This document shows positions 30,202-43,355 of a stretch of DNA of 64,000 nt, piece by piece (within the stretch, counting starts at the first letter, position 1; each line of letters opens with the position of its first letter). The notes under the pieces are model-generated. The model saw only the letters and a program-made list of their open reading frames with translations, ran no database searches and had not been told where the DNA came from. A program made the position numbers and the translations under genes. The DNA lies in the NCBI RefSeq assembly GCF_009914755.1, contig NC_060938.1; one strand, given 5' to 3'. This stretch comes from the human T2T-CHM13v2.0 reference genome, Homo sapiens.

Positions 30202-32447
30202 TGTATTAGTCTGTTTTCACACTGCTGATAAAGACATACCTGAGACTGGGCAATTTACAAAAGAAAGAGGTTTTTGGACTTACAGTTCCACATGGCTGGG
30301 GAGGCCTCACAATCATGGCAGAAGGCAAGGAGGAGCAAGTCAAATCTTATGTGGATGTCAGTGGGCAAAGAGAGAGCTTGTGCAAGGGAACTCTCATTTT
30401 TAAAACCATCAGATCACATGAGACCCATTCACTATCATAAGAACAGCACAGGAAAGACCCTCCCCTATAATTCAGTCATCTCCCACCAGGTCCCTCCTAC
30501 AACCCATGGGAATTACGTGAGGTACAGGATGAGATTTTGGTAGGGACACAGAGCCAAACTATATCATTCTGCCCCTGGCCCCCTCCCAAATCTCATATCT
30601 TCACATTTCAAAACCAATCATGCCTTCAGAACAGTCCCCCAAACAGTCTGCTTATGAGCTGGTAAAATCAAAAGCAGGTTAGTTACTTCCTAGATACAAT
30701 GGGGGTTCAGGCATTGGGTAAATACAGCCATTTCAAATGGGAGAAATTGGCCAAAACAAAGGGGCTATAGGACCCATGCAAGTCCAAAATCCAGTGAGGC
30801 AGTCACATCTTAAAGCTCCAAAATGATCTCCTTTGACTCCATGTTTCACATCCAGGTCATGCTGATGCAAGAGGTAGGTTCCCAGAGTCTCAGGCAGCTC
30901 CACCCTGTGACTTTGCAGGGTACAGCTTCCCTCCCAACTGCCTTCATGGGCTGGTGTTGAGTGTCTGCAACTTTTCTAGGCACACAGTGCAAGCTGTCAG
31001 TAGATCTACCATTCTGGGGTCTGGAAGACAGTGGCCCTCTTCTCACAGCTCCACTAGATGGTGCCCTAGTAGAGACTCTGTGTAGGGGCTCCCACCCCAC
31101 ATTTCCCTTCTGCACTGCCCTAGCAGAGGTTCTCCATGAGGACCCCATCCCTACAGCAGACTTCTGCCTGGGCATCCAGGCATTTCCATACATCTTCTGA
31201 AATCTAGGCAGAGGTTCCCAAACCTCAATTCTTGACTTCTGTGCACTCACAGGCTTAACACCACGTGGAAGCTGCCAAGGCTTGAGGCTTGCACCCTCTG
31301 AAGCCATGGCCTGAGCTCTACATTGGCCCCTTTCAGCCACAGCTGGAGTGGCTGGGATGCAGGGCACCAAGTCCCTAGGCTGCACACAGCACGGGGACCC
31401 TGGGGCTGGCCCACAAAACCACTTTTTCCTCCTAGGCCTGTGGGCCTGTGATGGGAGGGGCTGCTGTGAAGACCTCTGACATGTCCTGGAGACATTTCTC
31501 CATTGTCTTGGGGATTAACATTTGGTTCCAAGCTACTTATGCAAATTTCTGCAACTGGCTTCAATTTCTTCTCAGAAAATGGGATTTTCTTTTCTATTGA
31601 ACTGTCAGGCTGCAAATTTTCTAAACTTTTATGCTCTGTTTCCTTTCTGAAACTGAATGCCTTTAACAGCACCCAAGTCACCTCTGGAATGCTTTGCTGC
31701 TTAGAAATTTCTTCCACCAGATACCCTAAATCATGTCTCTCAAGTTCAAAGTTCTACAAATCTCTAGGGCAGGGACAAAATGCTGCCAGTCGCTTTATTA
31801 AAACATAACAGGAGTGACCTTTTCTCCAGTTCCCAACAAGTTTCTCTTCTCCATTTGAGACCACCTCAGCCTGTACCTTATTGTTCATACCACTATCAGC
31901 ATTTTTGTCCAAGCCCTTTAACAAGTCTCTAGGAAGTTCCAAACTTTCCCATATTTTCCTGTCTTCTTCTGAGCCCTCCAAACTGTTCCATCCCCTGCCT
32001 GTTACCTTATTCCAAAGTCACTTCCACATTTTCGGGTATCTTTTCAGCAATGCCCCATTCTACTGGTACCAAATTACTGTATTAGTCTGTTTTCATGCTG
32101 CTGATAAAGACATACCTGAGACTGGGCAATTTACAAAAGAAGTAGGTTTATTGCACTTAGCGTTTCACATGTCTGGGGAGGCCTCACAATCATGGCAGAA
32201 GGCAAGGAGGAGCAAGTCACATCTTATGTGGATGTCAGCAGGCTAAGAGAGAGCTTGTGTAAGCAAACTCCCATTTTTAAAACCATCAGATCTCATGAGA
32301 CCCACTCACTCACTGTCAGAAGAACAGCACAGGAAAGACCCACCCCCGTAACTTAATCATGTCCAACCGGGTCCCTCCCACAACACATGGGAATTATGTG
32401 GGCTACAGGATGAGATTTGGGTGGGGACACAGAGCCAAATTATATCA
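30202..32447 (-). mobile_element. Complete THE1A MaLR provirus (LTR 30202-30566, internal 30567-32077, LTR 32078-32447)
   Basis: Two direct LTRs, TGTATTAGTC...ATATCA, with THE1A diagnostics (GAGACTGGGCAATTTACAAAAG, CTTATGTGGATG) and a THE1-int interior. TSD GTACT/GTACA. Confidence 0.93.
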
Positions 32448-35400
32448 GTACAGATAGAAAAATAGACATATAGATCAATGGAACAGAACAAAGAACCCAA
32501 AAATAAAGCTGCATGCCTACAACCAACTGATCTTTGACGGAGTTGATAAAAATATACAGTGGAGAAAGGACACACTATTCAATACATGGTGTTGGAAAAA
32601 TTGGATAGCCATATGCAGAATAGTTAAACTGGACCCCTCTCTCTCACCATATACAGGAATTAACTCAAGATGGATTAAAGATTTAAACATAAGATCTGAA
32701 ACTATGAAAATCCTACAGTAAAACTCAGAAAAACTCTTCCGGACATCAGCCTAAGCAAAGATTTTATAACTAAGACCTCAAAAGCAAATGTGACAAAAAC
32801 AAAAATAAACAAATGGGACTCAATTAAACTAAAAAGCTTCTTGACAGCAAAAGGAATAATCAACACATTAAACTGACAACCTACAGAAGAGAGGAGATAT
32901 TTGCTGTAAACTATGCATTGAACAAAGGACTAACACCAAGAATCTACAAGAAACTCAAATAGCTCAACAACAACAAAAACAACCCAATTAAAAATTGGGA
33001 AAAGGACATAAACAGATATTTCCCAAAGGATGACATACATGTGGCCAACAAACATATGAAAACAATACTCAAATCACTAAACAGAAGAAGAACGCAAATT
33101 AAAACCACTATAAGATACCATCTCACACCAGTCAGAATTGCTATTATAAAATGTCAGAAAACAAAGATGGTAGCAAAGATGTGGAGGAAAGGAACCACTA
33201 TACACTTTTCGTGGGAATGTAAATTAGTACAACCTCTATGGAAAACAGTATGGAGATTTCTCAAAGAAATAAAAATGGAACTACCATTCAGCACAGCAAT
33301 TCCACTACTGGATATCTACCCAAAGAAAAAGACACCTGCACTTGTGCATTTATCTCAACACTAGTAGAGCCGTGGACTGAACCTAAGTGTTCATCCAGTG
33401 GATGACTGGATAAAGAAAATGTGGTATATATACACTATGGAATAGTACACAGCCATGAAAAAGAATGAAAATATGTCATTTGGAGCAACATAGATGGATC
33501 TCGAGGTCATTATCCTAAGAGAAATAACTCAGAAACAGAAAATCAATTACTCTGTGTTCTCATAACTTATAAGTGGGAGCTAAACAATGGATACACGTGG
33601 AAATACAGAGGAGAATAATAGACACTGGGGATTCCAAAGTGGGGTAGGAGGAAGAAGGAGGTGAGGGTTGAAAAATTGCCTGTTGGGTACAATGTTCACT
33701 ATTTGGGTGGTGGCTGTACTAAAAGCCCAGACTTCACCACTATGCAATGTATCCATGTAACAGAACTACCCATGTATCCTCTGAATCCATAAAAATAAAA
33801 ATGAATTTTTAAAAAGCTGGCTGGTAAAGGTTAGTTAATGCAACTTATCTTTTCACATATAAGCAATTGTGTTTCAGTGCCAGAAAAAAATTTTAATTTC
33901 CTGTTAAAGTGCCTATTTTAGCATCAGTGTAACAAATTTTTGTTTTTTTATTTCCATGAGTAATTGGTTACCTGTGCAGCCTGAGTTAACTAGCATCATA
34001 TTTTCAACTTATTTCAGTGAAGTTTTGTTATCATTTTAGATTGAAGCCCCAGACATGTATCTGCTGGCCTCTCCCTTGTTCTGATCTGACGTTGATCTCT
34101 GGCCAAAATTTGAGAAGTAGGAAAATAACTTTATAATAAACATTTCAGAGATCAAAATCAATATAGACATGTCTTCAGGAGGCATAAACCAGAAATACTA
34201 ATTTAAAAACATGAATATTCCATGCTGCCTTTCCGAACTTTGATATACTGTGGTCAGCAATGTACAAAATGAAACTCCTTGAAGTTGGAACATGGTGGAA
34301 CATGGTGCCTTACTCTTTCAAAGTGATACAATACTGAAATAATCTTTAGACAGGATTTTAGGAACAATTACATTACACTTAGACCATCAACAGCATCTTA
34401 AAAACTAACTTAATATGTCACTAATAGTAGGAAACTATTTCTCTTCCATACACCAGCTATGCAGGCAAAAACATATATAAATATTCCTTTCAGACCAACA
34501 CAAGGTAAAATAAGCAGGTCTTCCTAGTGTTGAGAAATGCACCATTATCACCTCAAATCTGGCAAATTTGTAATATTTGTTCATTCTGAAAACTGAACTT
34601 TAATGATTTTATTCTAATAATTTTTTCTTTATTTTTTCAATTTTAACCCTTTTGATATTGGATGCATCTTGTAGAGTCATTAATTCAATGTAGTATTTTC
34701 AGTCACCAGAACTTATTTCATACTTAGGAATGTAATTTGTGACTTTCTACAATTAGGCTATTAAAATTCCCACCTCGTAAGTCAGTCAATCTTTAGTAAG
34801 TGTCTTAAATTTTAGATTGAAATACATTTAAACTATTTCTCCTGCCAGAATAATAATAAAAAGTACTACTAACTCCCTTCCCAATCTGTAAGCATTAAAT
34901 TAGTGTAAATTTAAAGAAATTAGACTCATTTCTAGACAGGACCTAAGCAATTATCAAGTATTCTAATAAAACTTAAATCTTAGGATATTTGTTTTATTTA
35001 TTTAAAGAATAAAACTGCTAGTTTTTTTGCTTAGCTAGGAGTTAAATTAGATAAAACAAGGGGCTCAACAGATAATTTAAAAAGTCAATAGGCAAAGCCC
35101 AACCTGTACTATGTTGAATAAAAAGCAAAAATCCAAATGTCTTCTGATTTTTCCAGAGTGTCTTGCAACAGAAATTTTATAACATTTCCTTATGACAGCA
35201 GCTGTACAACAGGTTTTGAACCAGTCTAGTGTAGTGTTTAGTAAAGTGAAAGGGGTTGGGTTGTTTTATTCTTTTTAAGTTGGCATTTTACCAAAAGAGA
35301 AGTTTGGTGGTTGTTATTTTTCCCTCTTATGTTTAAGTGACAAAGTACTTGATTAAAGTGAACATGATTTTATATTAATTCTGATTTGTTCTTTTTCTGA

Positions 35401-36828
35401 GGAAGATAATAAAATGAAATAATCCAAATGCTTTTACACCTACACAGTATATTGCTGAGCAAATTATTTATGGAATGGAAGGCAAGATAAAGTTGCTTTT
35501 AAGAATCCTTTAACATATCAGTTTGATAACTAGCAAAACACCTTTACAGCCATTAAATATTTACCAAGACTTGGCTTTGGACAGGGGGGCAGTTTAGTGC
35601 ACCAAATTTCACTCTATGCAATGCCATTGATTAGCTATCAGAAGGACATAGTTAATAAGTAACTTCAGGTATTACATGTAGAGCACTCTACATTCTTGTC
35701 AAATCTTTTCGCTGAAGATGACCTGAAAAAAAGTCAGTTACAACCAGCATTCACCCCACCAATGATTGCACAAGCACAACTTTGAAAGAAATAAAGGCCA
35801 GGCAAATCAGTTGAGCAGTACTTAGGCAATCTTTCCTAGCAACTGTTGTCATTGCTGCTGGACTTTAGAACTGAACATGTTTACATTTAATTAGAAAGGA
35901 CACATAGTTTACAGCACAGTAGCTATCAATATCAGATCAGAATTGATTTCCGCTTTCTCCCCAGTGATTGCTTCCTTCAAGCTAATTAAAAAAGGCATAT
36001 AATCAAATGGCTCACATAAATTTTAAAGTAAAGTAAACAATATTTCCTGGTGATCAAAACAAAAGTAAATGACATTCATCCTTATCATTAGCTACATTTT
36101 TTGAAATAATTCTGTTGCTTATAAATGTGATATAAAGCATGTTTAACATTATCAGACTGCAAAGAAGAAACCTCAATGAATGTTTTACTAAGTGCTTTAG
36201 CTCTCAAAGAAACAATAACCTTAATTTTATCTTTATAACCCTAAAACCTGTAGATAAAGCAATCTGATAGTACCTTGAGTTGACTTTGTTCAACTGTTCA
36301 ATTTTCACATATTGTACAGAAAAACTGCTGAAAAATATAGTGAAATAAATAACAACTTGGTTTTCTTTTAAATAAAGTGCATACAGCACTTGCATAATTT
36401 GCTTAAATTAGGGATCATCTTGGTGTAAATGATTAACACTTCTCTATAATTACTGTAGGCAAAATCATCAACAAAATTATGATAAATATCATTTTTTATA
36501 ACTCCCTGTCTATTCTCTATAAAGAAACCTTCAAATTTCACAGGCTAACATTGTGGCAATTATAATAAGTTGTGGTGAAGTGATTTTAATATAGGAAATG
36601 TAAACGGAAGTAGAAGTTACCTTCGGGAGAATCACAGCCTTTCTTCCTTATCTATGGGATCTGCTATGCAATAGCACATCTAGAATGGAAGGCCATCAAG
36701 ACTTAAGGAAATACAGATTGTGAGCAGGTCTTAAGAAACATTAATTAACTAATTCACAAATATTAAGCAGTCTTTGAGGTGCTAAAGATAAAATGGTGAG
36801 TAAAACCTCTATAAGGTTAGAGATTTTT

Positions 36829-37128
36829 GGCCGGGTGCGGTGGCTCATGCCTATAATCCCAGCACTTTGGGAGGCTGAGGTGGCGGATCACCTGAGGTCA
36901 GGAGTTGAAGACCAGCCTGGCCAACATGGTGAAAAGCCGTCTCTACTAAAAATACAAAAATTAGCCAGGTGTGGTGGTGTGCGCCTGTAATCCCAGCTAC
37001 TCAGGAGGCTGAGGCAGGAGAATCACTTCAACCCGGCAGGCAGAGGTTGTAGTGAGCCGAGATCATGCCACTGCGCTCCAGCCTGGGTGACAGAGTGAGT
37101 CTCCATCTCAAAAAAAAAAAAAAAAAAG
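36829..37128 (+). mobile_element. AluSx-like
   Basis: Full Alu with TSD TTAGAGATTTT. Confidence 0.95.
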
Positions 37129-38170
37129 AGAGATTAGAGATTTTGATCGGCTTTGTTTACTGTTGTATCCCCAAGCATTTTCTATGTGACAATATAGTAT
37201 ATAAACATATGTTTACATATACGTGTGTGTGTGTGTGTGTGCAATTGTGTGTGTGTAGTTGCTCAATAAATGTTTATTGAATAAATGCCGCTTTCAGGAA
37301 TTATTTCACCACAAGTAAATGTTTACTTAACTGCCAGGGGGCTTCCAGTAGCACTTCTTTTCAGCATTCCAGGAAAACCACTGAAATCCACAATGATATT
37401 ATAGTAATGAGAGTCAATGTAACATCCCCTTCCAGGATACATTAATTCATGAAGTTAGTTTTGCTTACTTTTCTTTCTTTCATTTCCTTTTGAAATCTTG
37501 GGGTATTTTTAAATTATTCTTAGTGTCCAGAAAGTAATTAGTCTGTAATCCACATTGGTTAACGATAGACTAGTCCTAAATATCCATACCTTATCTTCTG
37601 CAGGGCATATGCAAATCACAGATTCTTGTCATCCACTAAAACATAAAAAATTAAGAACAACATGAAACAGGTTTAAGCAACAAGTTATTAATTTATCTAT
37701 TTCACAAATATTAAACCCTTTTCTAGGTAGTAGACAGAAATTAAATGGTGAAAAGACAGTTTCTCATGGGGTTTACTCTTTATCCGGTTGAAAGGTCTGA
37801 GTACTATGGGAGAACATGAGGGGATGACCTAAGCTGGACACTAGGTCAGATTTCTTGGAGACTCTCCTATCCAAGCTGAGATCCAAAGGATATGTAGGAG
37901 CTAGTTAAGTAAAGGGAGGTAGTGTCAGTGTTCTAGGGGACTTGAAGGTTATTCATCCTGACTGGAGTGTAGAGGTAAATAGGTGAATGATGAGAAATGA
38001 GCTATAAAGAGAGGCAAGAAAAGCTTTGTAAATGAGGTTTAAGAAATTTGGACTTTATCCTAGGAACAGTGAGGAGCCATCAAAGTGTTTTAATCCAGGG
38101 AGTGATATATTCATATTTGTGCTTTAGAAAACTCACTCAAGGCAAAGAACAACTGAAAAGACTATTGTGG

Positions 38171-38588
38171 TTTATTAGTCCATTCTTGCATTGCTATAAA
38201 GAGATACCTGAGACTGGGTAATTTATAAAAAAAGGAGGTTTAATTGACTCACAGTTCTGCAGGCTGTGTAGGAAGCATAGTGGCATCTGCTTCTGGAGAG
38301 GCAACAGGAAGTTTCCAATCATGGCAAAGGCAAAGGGGGAGCAGATATGTCACATAGCTAGAGCAGGAGGAAGAGAGAGAGAGAGCAGGGGGGTGCTACA
38401 TACTTTTAAACAACCAGATCTGGTGAGAACTCACTCACTATCACAAGAACAGCACCAAGGAGTGGTACTAAACCATTCATGAGAAACCACCCCCATTATC
38501 TAATCACCTCCCACCAGACCCCACTTGCAACACTGGGATTACAATTTGACATGAGATTTGGGCAGGGACACAGATGCAAACCATATCA
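38171..38588 (-). mobile_element. MSTA/MSTB solo LTR
   Basis: TTATTAGTCCATTCTTGCATTGCTATAAAG...AAACCATATCA with TSD TGTGG at 38166-38170 and 38589-38593. Confidence 0.92.
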
Positions 38589-38651
38589 TGTGGTAATTCA
38601 CTTGAAAGAATAATGGCGGTCACTCTAAATTAAGATGGTGATAATGGGGCT

Positions 38652-39015
38652 TGCTATGGTTTGAATGTGTCCCCCAGAAGTTTATGGATTGGAAATTATT
38701 GCCACTATAACAATATTAAGAGGTGGGCCTTTAATAGGTGATCCAGCCATGAGGGCTCTGCCCTCATGAATTGCTTAATGCCATTATCATAGAAGAAGGT
38801 TAATTATCTTAGCAGTGCACTCCTAAAAAAAAGGATAAGGTCAGCCCCCATTTTCTCTCTCTTGTGTGTCCACCTTCCACCATGGGATGACCCTCACCAG
38901 ATGCCAGTGCCATGCTCTTGGACTTTCCAGCTTCCAGAGCTAAATGAACTTCTATTATTTGTAAACTACCCAGTCTGTAGTTTTCTGTTATAGCCACAGA
39001 AAATGGACTAAGATG
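38652..39015 (+). mobile_element. MST/MLT1A-type solo LTR
   Basis: TGCTATGGTTTGAATGTGTCCCCC...GAAAATGGACTAAGA. Confidence 0.85.
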
Positions 39016-39370
39016 GGGATGGAAAGAAATTGAAAGATGCAAAGGAGATTTATGTGTAAAACAGCATAATTAGATTGTGAGGTGAGAGATAAATATTAAG
39101 GATGATGTATAGGTTTCTGCATGAACAACTGAGTAGATGGTGATGCCTAAGGAAAGGAGGAAGAAGAGAAAGAGCCAATTTGCAGAGGGGTATGAAATGA
39201 GATCATGAGTTCAATTTTAGACATTGAATTAAGATATTTGAAGAATGGTCACATGGAGATGTTTATGAGGTGGTTATGAGGATCTGTTGCTTAGGATAGA
39301 AATCTGAGCTGGAGAGAAATACCTCAGAGTAAAAGGTCATTAGTTATATAGATGATCAAGTGAAGCCACC

Positions 39371-39747
39371 TGATATGGCTTGGATTTGTGTCCCCGCCCA
39401 AATCTCATGTTGAATCGTGATCCCCAGTGTTACGGGAGGGGCCTGGCGGGAGGTGATTGGATCATGGGGACGGATTTCCCCCTTGCTGTTCTCGTAATAG
39501 TGAGTTCTCATGACACCTGTTTGTTTTAAAGTATGTATCACCTCCTCTTCCTCTCTCTCTCCTGCTCTGCCATGTGAAGATGTGCCTGCTTTCCCTTCAC
39601 CTTTCGTCATGCTTGTAAGTTTTCTGAGGCCTCCCCAGCCATGCTTCCTGCACAGCCTGCAGAACTGTGAGCCAATTAAACCCCTTTTCTTACAAATTAC
39701 CCAGTCTCAGGTAGTTCTTTATAGTAACGTGATAACAGACTAATACA
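39371..39747 (+). mobile_element. MSTA solo LTR
   Basis: TGATATGGCTTGGATTTGTGTCCCCGCCCAAATCTCATG...CAGACTAATACA. Confidence 0.92.
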
Positions 39748-39961
39748 CCGTCAGCGTGGGTTGCAATCAGGAGAGAGTAGGTAGAATGAGAAGACACAAG
39801 TTAAAGGTTGAGTAGAGGACGAGAAGCCCCCAAAGAAGACTGAAGAGCATCAAGGAAAGTAAGCAGAAACCAGAAGTGTATTGTCATGGAAATCAGGGAA
39901 AAAAGGCATTTCTAGAAAGAATTGGTCTCAGGTCAAATAAGATACTTGTAAAGTGTCTTTT

Positions 39962-40163
39962 AATGCAAAAGAGAGTAATAGACACTGGCAACTCCAAAAT
40001 GAGGGATGTTGGGAGGTGGGTGAGGGTTGAAAATTTACCTATTGGTTATAGTGTTCACTGTTTCGGTAATGGGTATACTAAAAGCCCAGAATTCACCACT
40101 ACACAATGTATCCATGTAGCAAAACTGCACATGTACTCACTGAATCTATACAAATAAATTTTT
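39962..40163 (+). mobile_element. Short L1PB 3'UTR insertion
   Basis: L1PB 3'UTR with TSD AAGTGTCTTTT at 39951-39961 and 40164-40174. Confidence 0.88.
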
Positions 40164-40599
40164 AAGTGTCTTTTGTATTTAGTAACATCATTGGAACACT
40201 TGGGGACAGAGAAGATTATAGACCCTTGAATTGAAGTTGAGAAGATAAAGACAGCAAACATAGACAATTTGATTCTAAATGAGATGATCCCAAACCAGGT
40301 CCAAGAGAAATCCCATCTTTTAGAATAAACAGGAATATTTTCATAATTTAGTGAGTCAAAATCCTTGACAGAAAACGACAACAAAATCTTCTAAGTAGTA
40401 TGTCTGGTCCAATTAACTAAAAAAGTAAGTTCCTGGACTTTGTTATATTTCCCGGATTTGAGCCTCAGTATATCTCCATGTTCTCTTAGAATTCCAAAGC
40501 TATCCTACTCAGAGGAGGGTGAGGTGAGGCTTAACAGTTAGAGATCTGGTGTCTTATTAGAGAATGGGAACACTTGTAGCTATACAAACTGCTCCCTAG

Positions 40600-41010
40600 C
40601 CAGAGCAATTTTTTTGAAAGGCAAATATTCTTATGCTTTCTTTAAAATCCTTTAGTAGTTTCTCATTTGCCCTATGATAAAGACCAAAATATTCTATATT
40701 TCAGGAAGATTCTATGTGATCTGATCCCAACCACTTTTTTTTAATGCTCTCTGAACACTGCCTAACTGGGATTCATTTAGCTCTTCAGCCATCCTTTCTC
40801 TTACCATAGGCCTTTGTACGTGTTCCTCCCTGTACCTGAAAAATTTTCATCCACCCTCCTTCAAATTAATACCTACTTTTATCTTTAAATCTCAACTCAA
40901 ATGTCACCTCCTTTGCTTTGTAGCATTTATAATAATTTGAAACATGTGTTTAGTCAGTACTCATCTCTAGCCCTAGCAAAGCGCCCAGCACATAGTAGTC
41001 ACTCATTTAT
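40600..41010 (+). mobile_element. L2 fragment
   Basis: TCTCAACTCAAATGTCACCTCCT...CCCAGCACATAGTAG. Confidence 0.6.
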
Positions 41011-41372
41011 AGGAGGAAGGGAAGCAGGGCCTGAGGTATCTCAATGCAGTGACCCAATTCCAAGTAAAACAAAGCATATGCTTACAGTAGGCATGTACCA
41101 GCTGAACCCTATATTCAGCAATTCAATTAATCAAGTAGCTATTTAGAAACAGCTGTGTACAAGCACTGTGCATTTGTAGTAGTCTCATAAAATGAGTTTA
41201 TTTAGACCTCATATCTGAAATCAGCATCAGTGCTTGTCCCTAAGCTGTATATAATGTAAAATAAAACTATGTATTTAACAAGACTTGATTTACTTTTCCT
41301 AAGGGAGTTGGGATCATTAATAAAATTGAAAAATATTGGCCCTATGTAAGAACAATTGATTATTTGCTATTA

Positions 41373-41430
41373 TTAGGCTGGTGCAAAAGTAATTTTTGCA
41401 AAAGTAAAATTACTTTTGTACCAGCCTATA
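41373..41430. mobile_element. MADE1 (Hsmar1-derived MITE), internally shortened hairpin
   Basis: TAGGCTGGTGCAAAAGTAATTTT...AAAATTACTTTTGTACCAGCCTA flanked by TA; matches the Hsmar1 TIR. Confidence 0.9.
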
Positions 41431-42043
41431 CATTTTTAGTATAAAAATATATTCATGTTGATGTTATAGGGCATAATTTCCAATTATGGAGAAACTAGTG
41501 AGAGTGTGCAGAGCACCTCAAAAATTCTTTTGGCTAGAACTGACCCTTATGCAGATGGCACTATTCTTTTCTGACTAAGTACCCCCATCTAAGTAGAATT
41601 AGGATGAAAAATGATATGATAGCTTATTTTTAACTAAGTGTCTTCACTGAAAAATCTTGTAAAGATAATTTTATCTAGCCTTCAATACTAGGCAGGAATA
41701 CATCAACATAGTGAGAACATCTTATTTTTTTTTGTAAGGCATCAACATCCTATTGTACAATTCTAATAAGTCCTATTCTGAGCTGGATTATGTTACCCTC
41801 TGAAGCAACACAGAATTCTGTAAACTGCCTCTTCAAATACTTGAAGAGATTTATCATAGACCTTTAATTTCTTCTCACTTCCTGCCCAGTATGTTTTCTC
41901 AGCAGTTTTCCATAAAACCCAATATGTTTTACAGACCACTCACTACCTAGTAAGCCCGCCTATGGAGGTGCTTCAATGTATCCCTATTATAAATTGTAAC
42001 AGGCATAACTGAATTCAGGTCTGATTAGGTCCAATTTAGACAC

Positions 42044-42486
42044 TGCTGTAGCTTGGCTGTTTGGCCCCTACAAGCCTCATGTTGAAATTTAATCACCAGT
42101 GTGGTGGTGCTGGGAGGTGGAGCCTAGTGGGAGGTGTTGGGGTTATGGGAGCAGATCCTGCGTGATCGACTTGGTGCCTTTCTCATGGTAATGAGTGAGT
42201 TCTCACTCTATTAGTTACCACTCTATTTGTTCTTTCTCGATTAAAGATAGTTGTTAAAAGCATCCCACACCTCCCGCCTCTTTCTCCTGCTTCCTTTCTC
42301 ACCATGTGATCTGTGTACAAGCCAGCTCCACCATGGGCAGAGGCAGCCTGAGGCCCTCACCAGAAGCCCAATTTTGAACTTGTCCAGACATAAGAACTGT
42401 GAGCCAAATAAACCTTTTTTTTTTCTTTAAAACGACCCCGCCTCAGGTATTATTTTATAGCAACACAAAGCAAATGAACACAGACA
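42044..42486 (+). mobile_element. MSTB/MSTC-type solo LTR
   Basis: CTCATGTTGAAATTTAATC...AGCCTAGTGGGAGGTG...GAACTGTGAGCCAAATAAACC...TATAGCAACAC. Confidence 0.85.
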
Positions 42487-43355
42487 CTATACTATTGCTG
42501 GCCATGTTTGACTGTTCCTTTGTATCTTGTCTAGTTTCACTCCTACTGAATTTGGTTATCCAAATTCAGTTTTCACTCCTACTCTGTGTGTGTGAATGGG
42601 AGTAGGAGTGGAGCAGGGAATTCAATTAATAGACTTTCTTTATTAGAACAGTTTAGACTCACGGCACAATTAAGGAAGTAGCACAGAGTTCCCACATAAC
42701 CTCCCCAGCACACAGTTTCCCCTTTTATTAATGTCTTGTATTGATGTGGCACATTTGTTAAAACTACTGAAAACATACTGATGTATTATCATTAGCTAAA
42801 GTCCATAGTTTACATTAAAGTTCACTCATTATATTGTACAGTTCTATGGCTTTGAAAAATGCAAAATGTCACATATTCATTATTACAGTATCATAGAGAG
42901 TTTCACCGTACTAAAATACTAAAATACTAAAGCACATACTAAAATGTGCTTTTTATGCATGCCCATACTTTTTATTTGTCTCCCTTCCTCTGAATCCCTA
43001 GCAACTACTGATCTTTTTAATGTCTCTATAGTTTAGTTTATTCCACAATGTCATATTGTTGGAATCACACAGTATGTAGCCTTTTGAGACTGTCTTCTTT
43101 CACTAAGCAATATGCATTTTAAGTTCCTCCATGTATGTTCATGGCTCGATAGTTCTTTTTTATCATTAAAAAATATTCCATTGTACAGACACATTATAGT
43201 TTGTTTATATATTCACCTATTGAAAGACATCTTGGTTGTTTCCAATCTAGGGAAATTATGAATAAAACTAGTATAAACATACTTGTGCAGGTTTTTGTAT
43301 GGACGTAGGTTTTTATTGGGTAAAAACCTTGGAGCATGATTGCTAGATCATATGG

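Larger units (their letters stand above)
37690..40290 (-). mobile_element. Fragmented L2 hosting three MaLR LTRs and an L1 tail
   Basis: L2-like purine-rich text (TTTGGACTTTATCCTAGGAACAGTGAGGAGCCAT, GAGTTCAATTTTAGACATTGA) resumes between the insertions. Confidence 0.65.

Noticed and set aside
30846-31981. ORFs of 150-180 aa
   Set aside because: Typical THE1-int degenerate reading frames.
37609-37616. Octamer motif ATGCAAAT
   Set aside because: A single 8-mer is expected by chance in AT-rich DNA.
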